This document shows positions 19,937-27,697 of a stretch of 64,000 bases of DNA, piece after piece. Origin of the DNA: Candidatus Latescibacterota bacterium (GTDB lineage Bacteria > Latescibacterota > UBA2968 > UBA8231). Where the stretch lies: assembly GCA_965261395.1 (NCBI GenBank), contig OZ253462.1, positions 64,001 through 128,000 of the forward strand, in the 5' to 3' direction. The notes beneath the pieces were generated by a model. That model was not told the DNA's origin. It was given only the letters and a program-made list of their open reading frames with translations, and did no database searches. The position numbers were made by a program, and so were the translations under genes. Position 1 is the first letter of the stretch. Each line of letters begins with the position of its first letter.

Positions 19937-21181
19937 CTAGGGGCTAAAAAAGTGCGTCAACTGCGGCCACCACTCCAAGGTCGCCAGCAGCGTACCCAGC
20001 ACTAAGACAGCCAGCAGAATGGCCTTACCGGCATCTTGGCCCTTGAGACTGCCCAGCATCCGCGGTTCGCCCGACAGATAAGCACTGGCTGCGTAGAGCT
20101 CTTCGCCGAGCAGGGTATAGTCGCAGGTAGTAATAAAGAACGGCAACTGGGTGAAAGCATCGGTGCCGGCGATCTGGATCGCCCCGGTCGTCGCCCCGGT
20201 CTCGGCTAACAGCAGCGACTCGGCGTAGAAATATCCCATCATAATGTGAGCCGCCGGACGGTCGCGGACCATAATGCCCTCGACTGCCGCCGCATAGCTG
20301 AACTGCTCGGTGCTAGCGACAAAGACGTGGTCGGGATTGAAAGCGTCGGGCCGTCCCGCCTCCACATACGAGGCTTTCACCGTCTCTTGGCTGACAGACA
20401 TAACTACTGGGTCTGGAGCCACCACCCGCAGCGCGGTGTCGTATTCGGCCGTGCGCCGCGCGACCCGCCCCAAGATATTGACCGCGGCAATGGTCGGTAT
20501 CTGGCTCATGTCGCGCAGACCGTGGATGAAAAGCACCGGCTTGCCCATCTCGGTCGCCCGCCCCAGCGCCTCGTCGAGTGCCTCTAACCCGGCGATGCGG
20601 CGGATCTTGAGTTTACGCCGCCGCGCAATGCCAATGTAGCCCATGATAAGCCCTGAGAACACAAGGCATAGTACCAGATTGTTGGTCTTGGCGCGATTAA
20701 AAAAATTACCTTTGGCCTCGGCATTGACGATCACCTTGCCGCGGATCGCGCCCCCGGCCGACCGCACATCGACGTGAAAGTAATAGGTCTTGCCGTCTTC
20801 TAGCGGTGTCTTGCCGCCCGCGCCGGCGAAATCCTCGACGTTGACATAGTGGTGATTCTCCAGATCGGCCCCACGCCCAAAGAGCGCCGGTGCCTCGGAC
20901 ATCAAATTCTTCGTGGCCGCAACCTCGGCCACGACGCGAAAAGGCCCGTTGGGCGAGTCGGCGATGGCGACCTGATACATCGCATTTTCACTGATCTGCT
21001 GATCTCGCGGCCAAGTCAGCGTAATGCTGCCGCCGCCGTCGTTGGGCGTGTCGAAGGCTTGGACCTCGATCGGCGGCCTAGGGTGTGCCAGCAACGCGCC
21101 GAGCCCTTGTTCCGCATTTTCCGCCGCGCTCGCCAACGGCCAAGCCAAGACTAATGCAGCCAGCCAGTTTTTTGCTCTCAT
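19937..21181 (-). CDS. Signal peptide + FN3-like domain + DUF6754-like membrane domain protein
   Basis: MRAKNWLAALVLAWPLASA signal, DTPNDGGGSITLTW..YYF FN3-like, TM, IRRIAGLEALDEALGRATEMGKPV, TTCDYTLLGEELYAASAYL. Family name is from recognition, not a search. Confidence 0.75.
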   Translation of the reverse strand: MRAKNWLAALVLAWPLASAAENAEQGLGALLAHPRPPIEVQAFDTPNDGGGSITLTWPRDQQISENAMYQVAIADSPNGPFRVVAEVAATKNLMSEAPALFGRGADLENHHYVNVEDFAGAGGKTPLEDGKTYYFHVDVRSAGGAIRGKVIVNAEAKGNFFNRAKTNNLVLCLVFSGLIMGYIGIARRRKLKIRRIAGLEALDEALGRATEMGKPVLFIHGLRDMSQIPTIAAVNILGRVARRTAEYDTALRVVAPDPVVMSVSQETVKASYVEAGRPDAFNPDHVFVASTEQFSYAAAVEGIMVRDRPAAHIMMGYFYAESLLLAETGATTGAIQIAGTDAFTQLPFFITTCDYTLLGEELYAASAYLSGEPRMLGSLKGQDAGKAILLAVLVLGTLLATLEWWPQLTHFFSP

Positions 21182-21185
21182 GTCT

Positions 21186-22301
21186 TTATTCCTCAATCAG
21201 CTCCACATTCGCCCGTGGCACTACCGCCTGCTTCCCGTCTTCAAACTCCACGGCCAATACCCGCACTCGCGCCCCAGACTCCACCGCGCACAACTCGGTC
21301 GGCAAATCACTGACGCGCCCAATCCGCCCAAAATAGGGCATCCGAATCACTCGCAACAAATCACCCACCTGCAACCCTTCCGCGCCCGCCCGCACCTCTT
21401 CTTCTTCTTTGTCAGCGGCTGTGGGGACGATAATCTCCGGCCGCAACACACCAGCGCGGATCTGGGTCGCTCCAGCCATGGACGCATCCATGCCAGCGCA
21501 CGCTTGCAAAATATCAAAAGTCTTGCGGGCCATGGCGACGCGGCCGAAGCCCTCGGTCGCGACCACGGTCAGGCCGATTTGCTCGGTGCCGGTGATGGCC
21601 ACGCCTAAATCGCGGCCGAGCAGGTCGCGCAAGTCGCGGTCGCGCAGGCCGCCGCCGATCAACCCCACGGCACCTGCCTGCCGGGCCTGTTCCACGGTCT
21701 CCGTGCTAATCAGGCTGCCAACCACCACAACCTTGCCCGCCACTTCCGGTCCCAGCGGCCCGGCGATGGCGTCTGGGGCATCAACCGCCAAGTGCAGTGC
21801 GCCCCAGCACTCGCCCCCCACGCCGAAAATGCCCTGGATATAAGCACCTCGCGCTGCGACGCGCACGCCTTCCTCGGCAAAAACTTTCTCGACGACCCCA
21901 TCGACGTACGCCAGTACTTCGACCGGCTTAGGCGCTTGGCGCAGTATCACCTGCCCAGTCACTGGCGAAATGCTCTCAACGGTGCCGCTGACCGGCGATT
22001 CAACTGTGGTCTTGAACCACCGAATAAACGGCCTAGTCTCGGCGAGCGGCTCGCCGGCTTCGATTCGGTCGCCCTCGTTTTTGAGCATATAGCCAGCTAG
22101 CTCTTGCGGCGGGATGCCCAAGCGGTTGACCAAGTTGAGGGTCGCCACATCGCCCGGCAGTTCAGTGCGGGCCACGACTTGGTCGCGGCGCACTGCTTGG
22201 CCGCGCTCGACGACCACTTGGCCTTTGAGGGGCAAACGCCGCTCTTTGTGGACGACTGCGTGTTGCGTCACGCGCAGTCCAGGAGTATAAGCATGGGCCA
22301 T
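21186..22301 (-). CDS. Uncharacterised soluble protein with barrel-sandwich-hybrid repeats and C-terminal KOW-like motif
   Basis: VERGQAVRRDQVVA / KNEGDRIEAGEPLA / SPVSGTV / AYVDGVV half-motifs; LQVGDLLRVIRMPYFGRIGRV. Confidence 0.8.
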   Translation of the reverse strand: MAHAYTPGLRVTQHAVVHKERRLPLKGQVVVERGQAVRRDQVVARTELPGDVATLNLVNRLGIPPQELAGYMLKNEGDRIEAGEPLAETRPFIRWFKTTVESPVSGTVESISPVTGQVILRQAPKPVEVLAYVDGVVEKVFAEEGVRVAARGAYIQGIFGVGGECWGALHLAVDAPDAIAGPLGPEVAGKVVVVGSLISTETVEQARQAGAVGLIGGGLRDRDLRDLLGRDLGVAITGTEQIGLTVVATEGFGRVAMARKTFDILQACAGMDASMAGATQIRAGVLRPEIIVPTAADKEEEEVRAGAEGLQVGDLLRVIRMPYFGRIGRVSDLPTELCAVESGARVRVLAVEFEDGKQAVVPRANVELIEE

Positions 22302-22304
22302 GAG

Positions 22305-24086
22305 CTACTCGTATAGGTTTAACGCCTGCTGCCAATCGCTTATCTGACGCCGGCGGTCGCGGTCTGTCGCCATCTGGATGGGCCGCCCGCGGCCGTCGAG
22401 CACTAGCCCCACGACGCCACCACGCACCCGTGCATTTAGAGCTTGCCCCGGACCGGCACCCACATCCCAACGTCGCGCTGGCTGGAGCGCGACCTCGACC
22501 TCCTCACCGTCGGCCAAAGGCATCCGCTGTAGCTGGCCGACCTGCAACTGGCCGGTTCGACGCCTGCGGGGCAGGTCTATTTCGTATTGGAGGCAGACCT
22601 CGCCGTCCTTACCCTCGCCGACGGGGGCCACACAAGTGCCCAAGTAGATCAGGCAATCGCGCTCAAAAACCTCGGTGGCGGCCCGCTCGTCAACCGTCGA
22701 GAGCACCCCCAAGTGAGGCATCATAAAGATGCTATCGACCGCCAAGCGGGTGACGCCTGCGGGCTGGAAGGCATCTATGAGCATGGCGCAACTCTGCTCG
22801 CGGCGGGGCGCGTGCGAGAGTACGCCACCGCTGCCGACTAGCATGTCTAGCGCCATCATCTCGACTAAACTCTCGCCAGTGGCCTCCTGGTCAAAAACAT
22901 CGGCCAGCGTGCGCTTGCTCTGTACCCCCTTCAATCCCACCGCCAACGCCCGGTGCTGGTCAAAGGCCAAGCGCAGGGCCTCGCGGGCAATGGCTTGCTC
23001 GACTTGCAATTCCTGCATAAGCTGCGGGATGGTCGTCGGGCGGATCATCTTGTTTTTGATCCGGTCGCGGAGGTCGGCCTCCTCAATGTCAAAGGGAACC
23101 CAGCGCATGATCTGGTCGAGGCCGGCCTCGGCCAGCACGTTGGAGACGCTATAGGACATGCCGAGATTGGCACTGACCGTGCGGTTGAACACGCCGTCGA
23201 AGACGCTGAACACATCGGTCGTCGCCCCGCCGATATCCACGCCGACGACGTTGATCTCCTGCTGGCGGGCAATAGTCTGCATGATCTCGCCCACCGCCCC
23301 GGGCGTCGGCATAATCGGCGCGCTGGTCCAGTCCATCAGCTTGCGGTAGCCAGGGGCCTGCGCCATGACGTGTTCGAGGAAGAGATCGTGAATGACGTGT
23401 CGCGCCGGGTCTAGATTTTCCTCTTCGAGCACGGGGCGGATATTTTCGGTAACGGTCAGAGCCATTTTCCCTCCCAGCGCCTTTTCGACCTCCTCGCGCG
23501 CGTCCTCATTGCCCGCAAAAATGACCGGCAGTTTGAAACCCGCGCCAAAGCGAGGCTTGGGATCGGCCGCGCTGATAAATTCGGCCAGTTCGACCACATG
23601 GCTGACGGTGCCGCCATCCGTGCCGCCCGCCAGCAGCACCATATCGGGGCGCAATTGGCGAATGCGCTCTATTTTTTCGTGCGGCAAGCGCCCGTCGTTG
23701 GCGGCAAGCGCGTCCATGACGATCGCCCCGGCACCCAAGGCGCAGCGCTGGGCGCTCTCGCCGGTCATCGCCAGCACTACGCCGGCCACCACCATCTGCA
23801 ACCCACCGCCAGCACTGCTCGTCGAGATGTAGATATCGACCCCGACATCGCCGTCTGCCGGAGTGATAATCCGCTCGCCATCGAGAATCTGCCGCCCGGA
23901 AAGCTCCTCGACCTCTTGAATGGCGTTGAGTACCCCCCGGGTGACGTCCTCAAAAGGGGCCTCGACCGTGGTTGGGGCCTCGCCGCGAAAGGTCTGGCGA
24001 TACCCTTCGTCCTTCTTTTCGATCAGGATCGCCTTGGTCGTGGTACTGCCGCAGTCGGTGGCGATAACTACGTTGAGGTCATCCAT
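22305..24086 (-). CDS. GlmL/MutL-like ASKHA (actin/Hsp70-fold) ATPase, long form
   Basis: Phosphate-1 DCGSTTTK, SSAGGGL, LAGGTDGG, MPTP, phosphate-2 VDIGGATTDVFS, adenosine GSGG; ATG 24086 overlaps the upstream stop. Confidence 0.85.
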   Translation of the reverse strand: MDDLNVVIATDCGSTTTKAILIEKKDEGYRQTFRGEAPTTVEAPFEDVTRGVLNAIQEVEELSGRQILDGERIITPADGDVGVDIYISTSSAGGGLQMVVAGVVLAMTGESAQRCALGAGAIVMDALAANDGRLPHEKIERIRQLRPDMVLLAGGTDGGTVSHVVELAEFISAADPKPRFGAGFKLPVIFAGNEDAREEVEKALGGKMALTVTENIRPVLEEENLDPARHVIHDLFLEHVMAQAPGYRKLMDWTSAPIMPTPGAVGEIMQTIARQQEINVVGVDIGGATTDVFSVFDGVFNRTVSANLGMSYSVSNVLAEAGLDQIMRWVPFDIEEADLRDRIKNKMIRPTTIPQLMQELQVEQAIAREALRLAFDQHRALAVGLKGVQSKRTLADVFDQEATGESLVEMMALDMLVGSGGVLSHAPRREQSCAMLIDAFQPAGVTRLAVDSIFMMPHLGVLSTVDERAATEVFERDCLIYLGTCVAPVGEGKDGEVCLQYEIDLPRRRRTGQLQVGQLQRMPLADGEEVEVALQPARRWDVGAGPGQALNARVRGGVVGLVLDGRGRPIQMATDRDRRRQISDWQQALNLYE

Positions 24087-24414
24087 GCTTTTGGCTTTCG
24101 CGCTGGGCAATAGCCTCTGCGAGCAAGTCTATGCTCTGGCGTCGCTCCAACATGTGCGTAAAGCGCTGGTACTCGTCGCGCGAAAAAACCAGCGTGGCAA
24201 ACGGGGCTAAAAAGGTCAGGGCTTGGCTGCCCAAAAAGTTGAGGGGGCGACAAGCCTCCAGCGCCATGGACGCGGCCGCTCCCATGCGGCGACGCACTAT
24301 AAACTCGGCCAGCCGCTCGGCCAGCGCGCGCTCGTCCTCAGACCAACCCACCTCTGGGTCTTCAAGGGCGAAAGCGTGCCGCCACTGCGTTTTTAAGCTA
24401 TTGACTTGGAACAT
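24079..24414 (-). CDS. Small uncharacterised helical protein
   Basis: LAEFIVRRRM..A..LE..RPLNFLGSQAL.FL.PF; overlaps both neighbours; ATG 24414. Confidence 0.75.
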   Translation of the reverse strand: MFQVNSLKTQWRHAFALEDPEVGWSEDERALAERLAEFIVRRRMGAAASMALEACRPLNFLGSQALTFLAPFATLVFSRDEYQRFTHMLERRQSIDLLAEAIAQRESQKHG

Positions 24415-24814
24415 GGCACCGGACGAAGCGCGCAACTTCTTCGCGGTTTTGATCGCACCGCAAAAAGACGCCGCGAAAAGAGTCCAGCCGACCCGGGCGG
24501 GCGGACGGACGCAAAAAAATGCCGTCCCGATGCTCGTCTGCTCGACGGAATTCCGCCCAAGAACGACGCTGTTTAAGGCCGAGATGTTCGCTGCTTATCC
24601 CTTCGCCGTCGAGCGCGTAGCGCGTAGCAAAGAAATAGCGCGACAGCGAGACCGTCAAGGTTCCCAGTGAGAACACCCCATAAAACCAATGCTCAAAACC
24701 AAACGCCGCCGCCGCTGAGGAAGCGACGATGAGCGCGACTAGCAGCATCGACTTGGCCGGTTTCTCCCGGCGCAGGGGGTGACTCTCCCAGCGGAGAGCG
24801 TCTGCGGAGGACAC
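24398..24814 (-). CDS. Uncharacterised 2-TM protein with C-terminal PH-like beta domain
   Basis: WESHP, two TM helices, TRYALDGEGI..RSWAEFRR; RBS AGGGAG. Confidence 0.72.
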   Translation of the reverse strand: MSSADALRWESHPLRREKPAKSMLLVALIVASSAAAAFGFEHWFYGVFSLGTLTVSLSRYFFATRYALDGEGISSEHLGLKQRRSWAEFRRADEHRDGIFLRPSARPGRLDSFRGVFLRCDQNREEVARFVRCHVPSQ

Positions 24815-24826
24815 GGACGCTCCCTA

Positions 24827-26662
24827 TTAGTACATCTGCTCTTCCTGCGCGACCCACCAGTCTTGCAAGCGGACGCCGGGGGGATACCAAGTGACGCCGC
24901 TGAAGCGCCGACTATAGGCGTAGGACGAGCGCGACTTCCACATGAAGGTGTACGGCTGTTCTTCGTGTAGGATCTCCTGAAAGCGGCGATAGAGCTCGAT
25001 GCGCTTGTCCACGTCGAACTCGCGGCGGTAGGTCTCCAAGATGTTGTCCACTTCGTCGTTGATAAAGCTCACGTGGTTGGAGCCGTTTTTTATTGCTTGG
25101 GAGGAATGCCAGATCTGGTAGCCGTCGGGAGCAAAGCGCAGGCTGCCGGTCCAGCCCAACACCGTTGCATCGAAATCCTTGCTCTTGACCTTTTGCAGGA
25201 AGATCGACCAGTCTAGCTCGCGCACTTGGCAGTCAATGCCGATATCCTGCAGCTCGTATTGGACCGTCAGGGCGATGTCTTTGCGGAGCTGGTTGCCCGA
25301 GTTGATCAAGATCTCAAAGCTAAATGGCACCAGTTCCCCATCGATGGTCTTGTCGAGAATACCGTCCTCGTCGGCGTCCGCCCAGCCAGCCTCCGCCAGC
25401 AGGTCGAAGGCCCGATCGGGATCATACACGTACGGCACGAGGTCGTGGTTGTATTCGGGGCGGAACTTGTTGATCGGCCCCTCCACCGTCTCGGCCAAGC
25501 CGAACATGATGTTCTCTACCATACCCTCGCGGTCGGTCAAATAGGTCATGGCCTGACGCACTCGCTTGTCGCCGAAGATCGGATGATTGTTGTTCCACCC
25601 TATGTATATATAGCCGCTGGAATAGCTAACGCCTTTGAGGAAGTGGCGGTTAAAGTCGTCGGACCAACTCTTTTCCTTGAACTCCAGCGGGCGCAGGGTG
25701 TGGTAGTCGAGGTGGCCGTTGGTCAACTCGATGAACGCCGCGTCGGTGTTGTTGATGATGTTAAAGACGATCTTATCGACAAAGCCGGGCGGCAGCAGCC
25801 CTTCCACATCCCGACCCCAGTAGTTTTCATTCCGCGTCAGCACGACTTTCTGCTGGGTGACCAAATCGCGCTCTGGGTCTTCGATCACGTACGGCCCCGA
25901 CCCGAGGGCTTTGCGATTGAAATTTTGGTTGAACTGTTCGGCAAAACGCTGGACCCGTTCCTGGTGCAGCCCCGCCTCCCAAGAGCCATCCACCAAGCTC
26001 TTGAACTCGACCGGGTCCATCAGCCCCTCCGGATCGTAGAAATGCTTAGGCAGGATGGAGAAGCCGCCCAAGATCAGGTCATTGCGGAAATAAGGCTCGC
26101 GGCAAAGAAAGCGGATCTTGTTGGTCTCCACGATCTGCACGTCTTGGACGGTAGCATAGTAGTTGCGCATATGCGGAGCTAGCACTCGGGGATTGTGGAT
26201 GACCTTTATGCTGAAGACGACGTCCGCAACCGTCAGTGGCTTGCCGTCTGAAAAATAAACCCCGTCGCGCAACTCAAACGTGTACGTCAGTTTGTCCGCA
26301 GCAATCTCTGGATAGCCGACGGCCACCCAACCCCGCAGGTTGTAGGGCGGATCATAGTCGGCGATGAGCAGGCTCTCGAAGATATGCTCTAGCACCCGGC
26401 TGGCGCCGGCATCGCTTGAGGTGTATGGGTTGAGTTTTTCGGGATCGGACAGCATGTGGCGCACCATCCAGTCGCCGTGGGTCGGCTCTTCGCCTCCCTC
26501 GTCGCGCAGCGGCACTTTCTCGGTGCCGTCGAGCACGACGATATCCTTGGTACTCATGAGGATTTTCTGCACCACCTCCCACGCCCCTTCCTCAGCGGCG
26601 GCATGGCCGACGACGCAGAGGCCCAACCAAGCGGCCACTATGGACATTCTAACTTTCGGCAT
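24827..26662 (-). CDS. Peptide ABC transporter substrate-binding protein (family 5)
   Basis: Signal peptide, DPEKLNP, YTFELRDGVYFSDGKPLTVADVVFS, GSGPY, DKRVRQAM, YDPDRA..LL.EAGW. Confidence 0.92.
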   Translation of the reverse strand: MPKVRMSIVAAWLGLCVVGHAAAEEGAWEVVQKILMSTKDIVVLDGTEKVPLRDEGGEEPTHGDWMVRHMLSDPEKLNPYTSSDAGASRVLEHIFESLLIADYDPPYNLRGWVAVGYPEIAADKLTYTFELRDGVYFSDGKPLTVADVVFSIKVIHNPRVLAPHMRNYYATVQDVQIVETNKIRFLCREPYFRNDLILGGFSILPKHFYDPEGLMDPVEFKSLVDGSWEAGLHQERVQRFAEQFNQNFNRKALGSGPYVIEDPERDLVTQQKVVLTRNENYWGRDVEGLLPPGFVDKIVFNIINNTDAAFIELTNGHLDYHTLRPLEFKEKSWSDDFNRHFLKGVSYSSGYIYIGWNNNHPIFGDKRVRQAMTYLTDREGMVENIMFGLAETVEGPINKFRPEYNHDLVPYVYDPDRAFDLLAEAGWADADEDGILDKTIDGELVPFSFEILINSGNQLRKDIALTVQYELQDIGIDCQVRELDWSIFLQKVKSKDFDATVLGWTGSLRFAPDGYQIWHSSQAIKNGSNHVSFINDEVDNILETYRREFDVDKRIELYRRFQEILHEEQPYTFMWKSRSSYAYSRRFSGVTWYPPGVRLQDWWVAQEEQMY

Positions 26663-26699
26663 ATTCTTCCCTTTGTACTAAGCAGCTATATCAAATCCA

Positions 26700-27620
26700 T
26701 CACACGAAGGTCAACCATCCGTGCCGATCCTCGACTTCGACGCGAATTACTGCGAAAAAGGCGTCTTGTATCTGCGCGGTGATCGGCCCGCACTGCCCAC
26801 AGCCGACCGGTACTTGGTCGACGGCGCGGATCGGCGTAATTTCGGCGGCCGTGCCGGTGAAGAACACCTCGTCGGCGATGTAGAGGAACTCGCGCGGAAT
26901 ACCGCGTTGCTCGACTCGCATTCCCAGATCGCGTATCAGGGTAATGGCGGTGTGGCGGGTAATGCCCGGCAGGATGGCAAAACACGATTCGGGCGTGTAG
27001 ATCGAGCCGTTCTTGATGACAAAGATATTCTCGCCGCTGCCTTCGCTCACCAATCCATCCGTGCCCAAGACAATGCCCTCGTCATAGCCATTAGCATTGG
27101 CTTCGATCCTCACAAGTTGTGAGTTGAGGTAGTTGCCGCCGGCCTTAGCCAAGGCGGGAAACGTATTCGGGGCCATGCGATTCCACGACGAGGTACAGAC
27201 CGAAACGCCATTTTTGAGCGCCGCCTCGCCGAGGTACTCTCCCCACTCCCAAACGGCGATCACGACATCAACCGGGCACCCCATTGGATCAACGCCTAGG
27301 TTCTCATAGCCGCGGAAGACGATCGGGCGGATATAGCAGGCCACGAGTTGGTTGACGCGGATTGTCTCGAGGATGGCCTCTCTGATTTCCTCGCGCGTAT
27401 AGGGAATTTCCATGCGGTAGATCTTGGCGGAATCAAATAGCCTGTTGACGTGCTCGTCGAGGCGGAATACAGCCGAGCCTTTCGCGGTCTTGTAACAGCG
27501 AATGCCTTCAAAGACGCTCGAGCCGTAGTGTATTACATGGGAGAGCACGTGGATCTTGGCGTCGTCCCAATCGACCAATTGGCCATTGAACCAGATTTTA
27601 TCGCATTTAGGCAGGGGCAT
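26700..27620 (-). CDS. ilvE: Branched-chain amino acid aminotransferase
   Basis: [20 protein letters not shown] (PLP Lys), [20 protein letters not shown]; RBS AAGGAG before ATG 27620. Confidence 0.95.
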   Translation of the reverse strand: MPLPKCDKIWFNGQLVDWDDAKIHVLSHVIHYGSSVFEGIRCYKTAKGSAVFRLDEHVNRLFDSAKIYRMEIPYTREEIREAILETIRVNQLVACYIRPIVFRGYENLGVDPMGCPVDVVIAVWEWGEYLGEAALKNGVSVCTSSWNRMAPNTFPALAKAGGNYLNSQLVRIEANANGYDEGIVLGTDGLVSEGSGENIFVIKNGSIYTPESCFAILPGITRHTAITLIRDLGMRVEQRGIPREFLYIADEVFFTGTAAEITPIRAVDQVPVGCGQCGPITAQIQDAFFAVIRVEVEDRHGWLTFV

Positions 27621-27697
27621 GTAGAAAATCTCCTTGGGCAAGTATGCGAATTAATTAAGGTAACACCACTGCGAAACCGTTACCAAATGTTAAGCAA

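Noticed and set aside
22305-24086. Glutamate mutase / methylaspartate pathway or mismatch-repair MutL
   Set aside because: No glmS/glmE, mal or B12-binding DxHxxG gene nearby; the motifs are ASKHA-type, not the GHKL type of repair MutL.
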